A model generated the notes under the pieces. It had not been told where the DNA came from. It did no database searches and saw only the letters and a program-made list of their open reading frames with translations. 64,000 nucleotides of DNA from an uncultured delta proteobacterium. GTDB lineage: Bacteria; Desulfobacterota; Zymogenia; Zymogenales; Zymogenaceae. Position numbers and translations under genes: made by a program. Below, one piece after another: positions 1 to 9,100 of the stretch. Numbering within the stretch: the stretch's first letter is position 1; each line of letters opens with the position of its first letter. The stretch is taken from positions 192,001 through 256,000 of the forward strand of contig CAWBYW010000016.1 in assembly GCA_963792965.1 (NCBI GenBank), read 5' to 3'.

Positions 1-1032
1 TGTCTTTGCCGGCGTATTTCGGGGCGGTGCCGTGGGTCGCCTCGAAGAGCGCCGCGCGGTCCCCGATGTTTGCCCCCGGCGCCATCCCAAGCCCGCCGAC
101 CTGCGCGGCCAGCGCGTCGGAGAGGTAATCGCCGGTCAGGTTCGGCGTGGCGACCACCGAGTACTCCTCGGGACGGAGCAGCACCTGCTGGAACATGCTG
201 TCGGCGATCCTATCCTTGATGACGACCTTTCCCTTCACCGCCGTCCCGCCCGTCTCCGACTCGGGAAGGGTCGACTCCCCGAACTCCTCCCGGGCCACCT
301 CGTACCCCCAGTCCCTGAAGGCCCCCTCGGTGAATTTCATGATGTTTCCCTTATGAACGAGCGTCACCGAATCCCGGCCGTTCTCGACGGCGTAGCGGAC
401 GGCCCGCCGCACGAGCTTCTTGGTCCCGGTCTCGCTCATCGGCTTGATGCCGATCCCGGCGTCACTGGCAATCGTGACGCCGAACTGATCGTGGAGGATA
501 CCGATGAGGCGTACCGCCTCGTCGCTCCCTCGTTTCCACTCGATGCCGGCGTAGACGTCCTCCATGTTCTCACGGAAGATGACCATATCGACCCGTTCGG
601 GATGCCGCATCGGTGAGGGGACGCCGGGGATATAGGCGACGGGACGCACGCAGGCGTAGAGGTCAAGCGCCTGCCTCAACGTCACGTTGATGCTCCTGAT
701 CCCGCCGCCCACCGGGGTGGTCAGGGGGCCTTTGATGGCCACCTTATAGTCGCCGATGGCCCGGACCGTCTCGTCCGGAAGCCACGAGCCGGTCTTCTCG
801 TTGGCCAGCTCGCCGGCCAACACCTCAAACCACCGGATCTCCCGCTTCCCGCGGTAGGCTCGTTTCACGGCCTCATCGATGACGATCTCGGCCGCCCGCC
901 AGATGTCGGGCCCGGTGCCGTCCCCCCGGATAAAGGGGACGATGGGATCGTCGGGGACGGACGAGATCCCCCTTCTCATCGATTGTTATCGTGGAGCCGT
1001 CAGGGGGAGATAAAAAGCAGCTGTTTTGCCAT
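1..1032 (-). CDS. icd: NADP-dependent isocitrate dehydrogenase (runs off the window edge; apparent indels near the 5' end)
   Basis: Manual minus-strand translation gives [53 protein letters not shown] and [15 protein letters not shown] at 1032 follows an AAGGA RBS. Frame breaks at about 1010 and 960. Confidence 0.93.
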
Positions 1033-1246
1033 TGTTCCTTATTAACCCTATTGCCATTCGGGGCTAATAGCCCATACTCTAATAAGATCGCGATGCCTTG
1101 CCGGGTATCATCTACGATTCCGCAGTCAAATAGTGCATCATCACAACCCGACATGACCACGCTCTTCGTCCGGGCGGGAGGCACCGCCGTAACGTCGCGC
1201 TATCCCTGCCGGAGGCCCGTCCGCGCCTCCGCCCTGCCGTGGCCGT

Positions 1247-1754
1247 TCAGACAGCGATGCCGCCGTGCTTCTTGATGTGGGAGACCAGCCCCCCGTCCTC
1301 GAGGATCTTCTGCATGATGCCGGGAAGCGCCGGAAACGTGAGCTCAAAGCCGCGCGTCACGTCTCTCACTACCCCTCTGGCGAGGTCGACCTCCAGCTCA
1401 TCGGCTTCCTGTATGCGCCTCGGTATCGACGATGATAACCGGAAGCCCCACGTTGATGGCGTTTCTGAAGAAGATCCGCGCAAACGATTTTGCCAGGACC
1501 GCCCCCACGCCCGCCATCTTGATGATGATCGGCGCGTGCTCGCGCGACGACCCGAGCCCGAAGTTTCTGCCCGCCACCACGAAATCACCTACGGAAAGCT
1601 TTGCCGCAAAGTCTTCCCTCGCGTCTTCCAGCACGTGCTTTGCAAGCTCGGGGAGGTTCGACCTCAGGTGATAATACCTTCCGGGAGCGATGTGATCCGT
1701 CGAGATGTCATCTCCGAAGAGAAACGCCTTTCCTCTCAATACCTTTTCGGCCAT
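1247..1754 (-). CDS. leuD: 3-isopropylmalate dehydratase/homoaconitase-type small subunit (one frameshift at about 1415)
   Basis: [44 protein letters not shown]. The C-terminus ([11 protein letters not shown]...ILEDGGLV) lies in the overlapping ORF 1247..1588. Confidence 0.85.
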
Positions 1755-1759
1755 CCGGT

Positions 1760-2617
1760 CTACTCCGTTTTTTCCGTCTTTTCGCTTTTTTCGCCCTTCT
1801 TGATAGTAGAATTGATCAGGGCCCTGAGGATGAGGCTCCTCTTGGCCCCTCCCAGCACGCTTTTCAAATCCTCATAGAGGCTCGGATCGTTGACGAGTGC
1901 GCCAAGGGTCCCTTCGCCGTTATCGATCTTGGTCAGGATGCTGTCCAGCCGAGTGATCGATTCATTGAGATTGTTGACCGGGGCGGTCGTCTTGCCGGTC
2001 GAACCGTAGACGAGCCCATGCAGCGTGCCGTTTCCCTTCTTGATCTCACCCACGATCTCGTCGGTATTCTTGAGGATACGCGCCACGTCTTCGCCGGAGC
2101 CTTCCTTCTTCAGGGGGGCCAGGAAGGTATTAAGGGAGTCGGTGATGTTCTCGATATTGCTCACGATCTTGTCGGCCCGCTCGAGATACGCGAAGAGCTC
2201 GACACTCTCCACCGAGGTGATGTAATCCCCGTTTTGGAGAACCTTCGCCTCAGGGCTCCCGATGGTAATGGCGATGTACTTATCTCCCAACACCCCCATC
2301 GTCAGGATGCTTGCCGTGCTGTCGTCCCTGACCCGCTCCTGAACATTCTTATTGATCCTGAGCTCGACGCCCACGAGGCGCTTGTTGCGATCGGATAAAA
2401 ACCATATCCGCGAAACCGTCCCCACCTCCACACCCGCAAGTCTCACCGGCGAGCCGACGATGAGCCCTCCCACGTCCTTGAAATTGGTGAAGAGGACATA
2501 CTGCTCCCTGAAGAGCTGATTCTTGCTCCCGATGGAAAAAACGACGATGAAGGCAAGGACAATCCCGATGAATATGAAGAGCCCGACCCTGATCTCCTGT
2601 GCCGCTTTTCTAGCCAT
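1760..2617 (-). CDS. mlaD: MCE/MlaD family protein
   Basis: N-terminal TM helix, [29 protein letters not shown], helical C-terminus. GAGGAGG RBS before ATG 2617. Confidence 0.9.
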   Translation of the reverse strand: MARKAAQEIRVGLFIFIGIVLAFIVVFSIGSKNQLFREQYVLFTNFKDVGGLIVGSPVRLAGVEVGTVSRIWFLSDRNKRLVGVELRINKNVQERVRDDSTASILTMGVLGDKYIAITIGSPEAKVLQNGDYITSVESVELFAYLERADKIVSNIENITDSLNTFLAPLKKEGSGEDVARILKNTDEIVGEIKKGNGTLHGLVYGSTGKTTAPVNNLNESITRLDSILTKIDNGEGTLGALVNDPSLYEDLKSVLGGAKRSLILRALINSTIKKGEKSEKTEKTE

Positions 2618-2768
2618 ACACACCTCCTCAGACACCCCGGAAGAGTCTGCCTTCCAGGGGGGTGCGCCAAAAAGAAAAATCACATGAGCGCTGCTCTTAG
2701 GTTAGTAGCGTATCCTTTTAATCCAAGGTCTCGCGCAAAACCGCCCATACGCCGCCGGCCCCCGTCCC

Positions 2769-3509
2769 CTATAGATCCCCGATATTCCCCTCGATGAACC
2801 CTTTAACCATCGGGTCCTGCGACTCGGTCATTTCTTTAGAGGTCCCCACCGCCGCGATCTTCCCGCGGTAGAGCAACGCAAGCCTGTTGCTGACGGAGAA
2901 GGCCGATTTCATGTCATGCGTGACGACGATCGAGGTGACCTTGAGAAGCTTCTGCATCTCGATAATGAGGTGGTTGATCCGGTTCGAATTGCCCGGGTCA
3001 AGGCCGGTGGTCGGCTCGTCGTAGAGAATGATCTCGGGATCATACGCGATGGCCCGGGCCAGCGCCACCCTCTTCTTCATCCCGCCGGAAAGGTCGGCGG
3101 GCATCATCTCCTCGATCCCCGGCAGCCCCACCATGTCAAGGCACTTTCCGACCTTCTGCCTGATCTCTTCTTCGGTTACCCCTTTATGCATCGTCAGACC
3201 GTAGGCCACGTTGTCGCCCACGCTAACGGAGTCAAAGAGCGCCCCGCCCTGAAAGAGCATCCCGATCCTTCTTCGCACACCAACCAGCTCTTCCTCGTCC
3301 AGCGGGACGATATCGACTCCATCGATCAGTATCTTTCCCTCGTCCGGCTTCATGAGCCCGATGAGGAGCTTTAAGAGGACGCTCTTGCCGGAGCCGCTCC
3401 CGCCGATGATCGTAATCGTCTCGCCTTTATTGATGGAGAGATCAAGCCCCGTATAGACCACTTTTTCGTCGAACGCTTTTTTGATGTCTCTGAATTCGAT
3501 AAACGGCAT
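2769..3509 (-). CDS. mlaF: MlaF/Mkl family ABC ATPase
   Basis: Walker A GGSGSGKS, LSGGMKKRVALAR, YDEPTTGLDP; flanked by mlaD and mlaE. Confidence 0.92.
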   Translation of the reverse strand: MPFIEFRDIKKAFDEKVVYTGLDLSINKGETITIIGGSGSGKSVLLKLLIGLMKPDEGKILIDGVDIVPLDEEELVGVRRRIGMLFQGGALFDSVSVGDNVAYGLTMHKGVTEEEIRQKVGKCLDMVGLPGIEEMMPADLSGGMKKRVALARAIAYDPEIILYDEPTTGLDPGNSNRINHLIIEMQKLLKVTSIVVTHDMKSAFSVSNRLALLYRGKIAAVGTSKEMTESQDPMVKGFIEGNIGDL

Positions 3510-3510
3510 A

Positions 3511-4296
3511 TCAGGCCTGGAAAACGAGTATAAAAAGTTTCGTCAGGAAGAAATCCGCAACGAGGATCGAGAGCGATATCGTGACGACCGACTCCGTGGT
3601 CGCCTTGCCGACCCCGACCGTGCCCCCCACGGTCGTGAATCCCCGGTAGCACCCCACCAGCCCGATGATCATTCCGAAAAATGCCGACTTCCCCACACCG
3701 CCGACGAAGTCGCTGATCTCAAGGACGTTATAGACCTGGTTCATGTAATAGGTGGGGTTGACGCCGAGCTCCCGCATGGTGATGAGCATCCCCGAGATGA
3801 TCCCCACCACGATCGAGAAGACCGTGAGGACCGGCAGCACGATGGTACACGCCAGGACCTTGGGGCCAACGAGCTCCCGCACCGGATCGGCGCCAAGCGC
3901 CCGGAAGGCGTCGATCTGTTCGGTCACGTTCATGGAGCCGACCTCGGCGGTGATGCCGGCGCCGACCCTCCCGCCGACGAGAAGGCCCGTCAGCACCGGC
4001 CCGAGCTCACGCACGAGAGAGACCGCCAACACGTTGGCGGCAAAGGACTCGGCACCGAACCTCTTCAGCGAAAAGGCCAGCTGCAATGCAAAGACGAGCC
4101 CCGTGAAGAGGGCGGTGAACGTTGCGATGAGGATCGACTTGATCCCGATATATTCTATCTGTTCGACAACGAGGCCGTATCTGAAGGGCGGCGTGACGAG
4201 TGTCAGGATCGTTCGGAAGAACATCCGCGTGGAGCCGTCGAAGTAGATGACGGTCTTCAGGAACCGCTCGCCAAGAACGCGGAAGAACTCCTTCAT
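3511..4296 (-). CDS. mlaE: MlaE family ABC permease
   Basis: RELGPVLTGLLVGGRVGAGITAEVGSM..TEQIDA, GVGKATT. Confidence 0.92.
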   Translation of the reverse strand: MKEFFRVLGERFLKTVIYFDGSTRMFFRTILTLVTPPFRYGLVVEQIEYIGIKSILIATFTALFTGLVFALQLAFSLKRFGAESFAANVLAVSLVRELGPVLTGLLVGGRVGAGITAEVGSMNVTEQIDAFRALGADPVRELVGPKVLACTIVLPVLTVFSIVVGIISGMLITMRELGVNPTYYMNQVYNVLEISDFVGGVGKSAFFGMIIGLVGCYRGFTTVGGTVGVGKATTESVVTISLSILVADFFLTKLFILVFQA

Positions 4297-4820
4297 TTGG
4301 CAGGCTCCTTCGTAAAGTGAAAGCTCTCCACCACGTCTGCGAAAACGGGCGACACCCGGTCGAAGTCTTCAACGCGGCACCAGGAGGCGATATCGTATAT
4401 GGTGCCGGAAGATCGTATCACGTATGCGGAGAAAATCAGCGGCACCCCGTTGGACACGCCTTTGAGCTTCACGTACCACGCCGGCACGCCGTCTATCGTC
4501 GCCTCCTCAGACGTAAGATATTCGGCCTTTTCGATCCCCATGAAAAGCTCCCGGGCCAAGAACTGCAGGGGTGCCTCTTTCCCGTCCCCGCCCGCATAAC
4601 TGTCCGGTCCCGCCGCCACGGCGATTGAGGCCCCGTCGGCGGGGTCGCTCGTTGCCACGAGGGCCTCCTTGGGGGGAATTACCTCAAAGGGGGCCTTCGG
4701 CAGCTCCACGGAAAAATGATACTCGTCGGAAACGAAGGTACTGTCCACAATCCGACCATGGGCACAGCCGAATACAACGAGCGCCAACACTACAAGGATT
4801 ATCGGCCGATAGTGTATCAT
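4293..4820 (-). CDS. Putative lipoprotein, possibly PsbP/DcrB-like fold
   Basis: Signal peptide with lipobox VFG-C. Overlaps both neighbouring genes by ATGA. The fold assignment is inference. Confidence 0.65.
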   Translation of the reverse strand: MIHYRPIILVVLALVVFGCAHGRIVDSTFVSDEYHFSVELPKAPFEVIPPKEALVATSDPADGASIAVAAGPDSYAGGDGKEAPLQFLARELFMGIEKAEYLTSEEATIDGVPAWYVKLKGVSNGVPLIFSAYVIRSSGTIYDIASWCRVEDFDRVSPVFADVVESFHFTKEPAK

Positions 4821-5740
4821 CGAACCACCACGTCCTTTCGCGCGTGCATTAAGAGTAATACCCCGAAGACCAGCGGAAGACAAGAGATGATCACGAGCAG
4901 AAAAATCTGCCCCACACCCCATACCTCCCTCCGGAAGAGCGACCCCACCGCCCCGAAAATCATAACGGCCGAGAAGGCAACCAGGATGATTCCGACGGTG
5001 ATCTTGACCAGGCCCACCGGGGTTCGATATCTGGAGACGGTGGCGTAGAGTTCTTCGTCCCGCATACCCCGAAAAGGCGAGTCCTTGAGAGCCAACAGCA
5101 GCCGTTTTTTGTAAATCCGATAGAGCCAGACCATGATCGGAATAATGAGCAGCGCAAGCGGTGTCTCGGTAAAGAGGACAAAATCGTACGCTCCGTGAAA
5201 GATAATGGCGATAAGGAGCCCCGCCGCAAGAAAGTGTTTGTGCGTCTGACGATCCATCTTCAGCATGCCGACGTAATAGCCGATAACAGCCCCGGTAAGG
5301 GCGTGCAGCGGCACCGCAAAGACGGCGCGGAAGACCCCCGTGGCAAGACCGAACTCATAGACGTAAAAGACGTTTTCGATCGTGGCAAAACCGAGGGCCC
5401 CCGCCACGCAGTAGACGATGCCGTCCATTACCTCGTTGAACGTGGGCGAGCGATACGCCTTGATGCCCACCGAGAGAAGCTTTGCGCCCTCTTCAATCGG
5501 GGCGATGATGAAAAACGAGCCGATAAATGCCCCGACGATATTCCCTTCTATCGGGATCCCGGAGGACGCCTCCAGTACCATCTCCAGGAAGCCCGCCGGG
5601 ACCGCCAGCACCGCCCCGATGAAGAAAGTGGCAACGATGAGGCCCTTGGGTTCCGGCTCGTACTTATCCTTGTGGTAGACATACCACAGGATAAAGAACG
5701 CCGGGGCGACGGCCAGCAGGAAAAGCATCAGGAATTCCAC
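4817..5740 (-). CDS. PrsW family intramembrane metalloprotease
   Basis: DKYEPEP, APIEEGAK, GFATIEN, PLHA, FHGAYD motifs; multiple TM helices. Confidence 0.9.
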   Translation of the reverse strand: MEFLMLFLLAVAPAFFILWYVYHKDKYEPEPKGLIVATFFIGAVLAVPAGFLEMVLEASSGIPIEGNIVGAFIGSFFIIAPIEEGAKLLSVGIKAYRSPTFNEVMDGIVYCVAGALGFATIENVFYVYEFGLATGVFRAVFAVPLHALTGAVIGYYVGMLKMDRQTHKHFLAAGLLIAIIFHGAYDFVLFTETPLALLIIPIMVWLYRIYKKRLLLALKDSPFRGMRDEELYATVSRYRTPVGLVKITVGIILVAFSAVMIFGAVGSLFRREVWGVGQIFLLVIISCLPLVFGVLLLMHARKDVVVR

Positions 5741-5958
5741 GTACGAGTCACCCGCTAAAAATCATTTTATTATAACAAAACTTTTTCTGTTTTACTACTA
5801 AACAGAGTAACCCAGCTATGTTTTTATCAGGTCGCGTCTGATGGCCGCCGCGAGCCGTGCCCCAAAAAGGTCCGCTCGTCGTCTTCAATCTGCTTGACAT
5901 TCGTGATATTCCCGCGATAATAGTACGATAACCGTTGGATTTCTTCAGGAGGAATGCA

Positions 5959-6486
5959 ATGAAATTAGTAAGACTCATTCTCGCGGCGATTCTCCTGGGC
6001 ACGCTTTCGCTCATCGTATCGCTGCCCGCACAGGCGGCGGAAACGGTAACCCCCGACGAGATAATCACCAAGGTACACGAGGCGGCAAAATTCCTCTCCG
6101 AGAAGGGCGAGGCGGGGCTGGCTCAGTTCAATGACCCAAAGGGCCCGTGGGCGTGGAAGGACACCTATGTCTTCGTTTTCGACTGCAGCAGGGGGATCAT
6201 CGTCGCCCATCCCAACAAGGACCTGGTCGGCACAAAACTCGCGTTGCGGGTGGACAAGAACGGCCTCAAGTATGACCTCTCCCTCTGCGAGGAGGCAAAG
6301 AAACCCCTCGGCGGCTGGGTCGAATACTGGAGGCCGAGCGATGTCATCGATGAAACCGGCACGGCCGAGTATCAGAGAAAGATCTCCTATATGCTGAAAG
6401 TGCAGGGCCGGCCCTATGAGGTCGGGGCGGGTATCTACGAGCCGACACTTACCGTTGACGAGCTAAATAAAATGTTGGAAAAGTAG
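5959..6486 (+). CDS. Secreted standalone single-Cache domain protein
   Basis: Signal peptide, FNDPKGPW..KDTYVFVFD, AHP..LVG, GGWVEY.W, VGAGIY. AGGAGG RBS. Confidence 0.85.
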   Translation: MKLVRLILAAILLGTLSLIVSLPAQAAETVTPDEIITKVHEAAKFLSEKGEAGLAQFNDPKGPWAWKDTYVFVFDCSRGIIVAHPNKDLVGTKLALRVDKNGLKYDLSLCEEAKKPLGGWVEYWRPSDVIDETGTAEYQRKISYMLKVQGRPYEVGAGIYEPTLTVDELNKMLEK

Positions 6487-6588
6487 AGGCGGCCGCGTTT
6501 CACGACCAAACGACATCGGCCAATGGCGCATATACGTCCGCAGCTGACGGATGTCCTTTGTTAACCTCATTCTCACGTGGAGAGAGAC

Positions 6589-7108
6589 ATGAAAAAAGTT
6601 CCCCTGTTCGTTTTACTATCAGTTCTGGCGTCCCTAACGGCGCTCGTAGCGATCCCCGCCTTTGCCGGGGAAAACGCCACGCCCGAGGAGGTGATCGCCA
6701 AAGTCAACGAGGCATCGGCATACCTCATCGAAAAGGGCGACGCGGGCCTGGCCTCGGTTTAACGACCCCAAGGGCCCGTGGGTCTGGAAAAATACCTACG
6801 TCTTCGTGTATGACTGTGATAAGGGAGTCTGCGTGGGCAATATCACGCCGGGCCTTGTCGGAAAAAAGATCCAGGACATCAAGGACGCCAACGGCAAGCC
6901 GACCGGCCTTGACCTCTGCGAAGCGTCCAAGAGCCCCAACGGGAAGTGGATCGAGTACGTCTGGAGAGACCCGAGCACCGGTGAGATGAAGCCGAAGCTC
7001 TCCTTCATCTACAAGGCCCCCGGCGCCAAGTACACCGTCTGCGCCGGAATCTACAGCCCCGAGGGAGTCACCGCCGCGGATCTCAACAAGAAACTCGAAG
7101 GCAAATAG
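6589..7108 (+). CDS. Second standalone Cache domain protein (frameshift at about 6757)
   Basis: Paralog of the previous gene. Removing one base restores FNDPKGPWVWKNTYVFVYD and joins ORFs 6577..6762 and 6806..7108. Confidence 0.8.
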
Positions 7109-7126
7109 TATCCCCGCGAAGATAGC

Positions 7127-7162
7127 AAAAAGGGGCGTTCCCGCCGGGAACGCCCCTTTTTT
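7127..7162. terminator. Bidirectional rho-independent terminator
   Basis: AAAAAGGGGCGTTCCC-GCC-GGGAACGCCCCTTTTT between convergent genes. Confidence 0.9.
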
Positions 7163-7191
7163 ATGTTCTATATCGAGGGCCTTTGTCCTTC

Positions 7192-7713
7192 TTATGCCTT
7201 CCGACGTTCAACGATCTGTTGGGCCTTCCTGTCGGAGTCTCCCATCAGATAATAGAGGGCGACGGCCGCAAAGATTGCGTAGAGGGGAAGCTTGGGAATC
7301 AGGTAGTGGTTCATATAGAGGTAGATCCCGGTAAAATAGAGGACGTTGTAGAGGCAGAATACAAAGATGTCGATCGAGAGGAGCGTCAGGAGTCTCTTCT
7401 TCCCCCCCGGGCGGAAATTCCAGTAGGAGGCCGAAAACCAGATGAAGAGCGGCACCGAGACGAGGTAATAAAGAGAAAATGTGCCCGACAGGAAGAGGTC
7501 GAGGCCATTCGGGTCCCGGGGAATGCCCGAGAGCGAGAGCGTATGCGTGAGGTATCCCACGAGGAGCGAGAAGTGTGAGAAAAAATTGATCGAGAGGTTG
7601 AAAAAAGAGACCGTCATCCCGAAGAAACCGGCGTACCAGAAGCCGAAGGGGAGCCCCTCGTTGAGCCGATAGGGGGGGAAAAGGATCTCCATGAATTTTC
7701 TTTGTTCTGTCAT
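7192..7713 (-). CDS. Hypothetical membrane protein (about 4 TM)
   Basis: MTEQRKF start with GGAG RBS directly after the lgt stop; hydrophobic segments. Confidence 0.7.
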   Translation of the reverse strand: MTEQRKFMEILFPPYRLNEGLPFGFWYAGFFGMTVSFFNLSINFFSHFSLLVGYLTHTLSLSGIPRDPNGLDLFLSGTFSLYYLVSVPLFIWFSASYWNFRPGGKKRLLTLLSIDIFVFCLYNVLYFTGIYLYMNHYLIPKLPLYAIFAAVALYYLMGDSDRKAQQIVERRKA

Positions 7714-7714
7714 C

Positions 7715-8584
7715 TCATCTCCTCGGGGCTTTAAGCCCCTTATGCGTACGGTGGCCCGTCGTTTTTTTATCCCGGTCGCCGTCTGTCGGGCGCCTGCCCG
7801 GTTTTGTAATGCCGTCGATGAGAGCGACGCTGTTTTTCTCGCGGATGCGATAGTAGAGGACAATCCCGACGATGACGGCGACGATGCTGATAAGCTGGGA
7901 GGTGGTGACGCTCCCCCACAGCCATGAGCCCCGCGGGTCCCCGCGGAACGCCTCAACGATACTCCGGGTCGCGCCATAGAGAAAAAGATAGGAGAGGATC
8001 TGCTCTCCGCGGAATCGTACCTTGTCTCTCCGGAGAACAAGCACGGCAAAGATGGCGAAGTCAAACAGCATGTCGTAAATCTGGGTCGGGTGCAGCGCCA
8101 CCCCTAACGGCGCGATCCCGGACTGGGTAAAGGTAATGCCCCAGGGGAGGCTTGTCGGCTTCCCGTAGCAGCAGCCGGCCATAAGGCAGCCGATCCGCCC
8201 GATGCCCTGGCCCAGCGCGACGAAGGGGATGGCGATATCCACCCAGACCCACCCGTCCAATTTCTTGGCCCTGAAATAGATCAGCGCCGCAATGAGCGCT
8301 CCGACGAAAGCCCCGTACCAGACCAGCCCCCCCTCCCAGAGCATGAGGATCTTGAAGGGATAGTGCAAGTAATAGTCGAAATTGACCAGGACGTAGACAA
8401 GCCGGGAGCCGACGATGGCCGAAAGCAGGACCCAGAAGGCAAGGTCGATGCCCGTGTCGACGGAGATCTGCCGCTTCTTCAGCTGGAAGAGAAAAAGCGC
8501 AAAGGCGGCCAGAAATCCCATGGAGACAAAAAAACCGTAGGTGTAAACGGTGACCACCCCGAAGGAATAGAGGATCGGATGCAT
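7715..8584 (-). CDS. lgt: Prolipoprotein diacylglyceryl transferase
   Basis: GSRLVYV, WEGGLVWYG, GRIGCLMAGCCYG, HPTQIYD. Confidence 0.95.
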   Translation of the reverse strand: MHPILYSFGVVTVYTYGFFVSMGFLAAFALFLFQLKKRQISVDTGIDLAFWVLLSAIVGSRLVYVLVNFDYYLHYPFKILMLWEGGLVWYGAFVGALIAALIYFRAKKLDGWVWVDIAIPFVALGQGIGRIGCLMAGCCYGKPTSLPWGITFTQSGIAPLGVALHPTQIYDMLFDFAIFAVLVLRRDKVRFRGEQILSYLFLYGATRSIVEAFRGDPRGSWLWGSVTTSQLISIVAVIVGIVLYYRIREKNSVALIDGITKPGRRPTDGDRDKKTTGHRTHKGLKAPRR

Positions 8585-9096
8585 TAGCTGTTCCCCTGTT
8601 TGGCATTGAGCCTCGGCTCGACGATAAGGAGCTCATAGGCAAGAAGGACGATCCCCACGGAGATCGCCGAATCGGCGAGGTTGAAAATAGGCCAGGAGAG
8701 CGAATAGAGGTGCAGGTACAGAAAATCCCGGACCTCTCCGAACATGACCCGGTCTATCAGATTTCCGACGGCGCCGGCAAAGACGAGTGAGAGTGAGACC
8801 AGGTAGGTGAGTCTCTCCTTTTCGGCCTTAAAGAAAAGATAGAAAATGAGCCCCATCGCGATCAACGATACGCCGATGAGAAGCGGGAGCCGGGTGACAT
8901 CGGAGAGCCGCGCCATGATCCCGAAGCCAGCTCCCGTGTTCCGTATATAGCGGATATCAAAAAAGTTCGGGACGATGGTGATGAACTGGTTGAGGAACAG
9001 CGTCCTTTCGACGATGGCCTTCGTCGCCTGATCGGCGGCCACCACCAGAAGGGTGATCACGCAAAAGAGGAGGTATTTCGTCCGATTGCTCTTCAT
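8584..9096 (-). CDS. lspA: Signal peptidase II
   Basis: DQATK, NTGAGFG, GAVGNLIDR, FNLADSAI. Confidence 0.95.
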   Translation of the reverse strand: MKSNRTKYLLFCVITLLVVAADQATKAIVERTLFLNQFITIVPNFFDIRYIRNTGAGFGIMARLSDVTRLPLLIGVSLIAMGLIFYLFFKAEKERLTYLVSLSLVFAGAVGNLIDRVMFGEVRDFLYLHLYSLSWPIFNLADSAISVGIVLLAYELLIVEPRLNAKQGNS

Positions 9097-9100
9097 CCGC

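Noticed and set aside
1000-1032. In-frame TGA near the icd start as selenocysteine
   Set aside because: Homology continues in a different frame, so it is an indel and not read-through.
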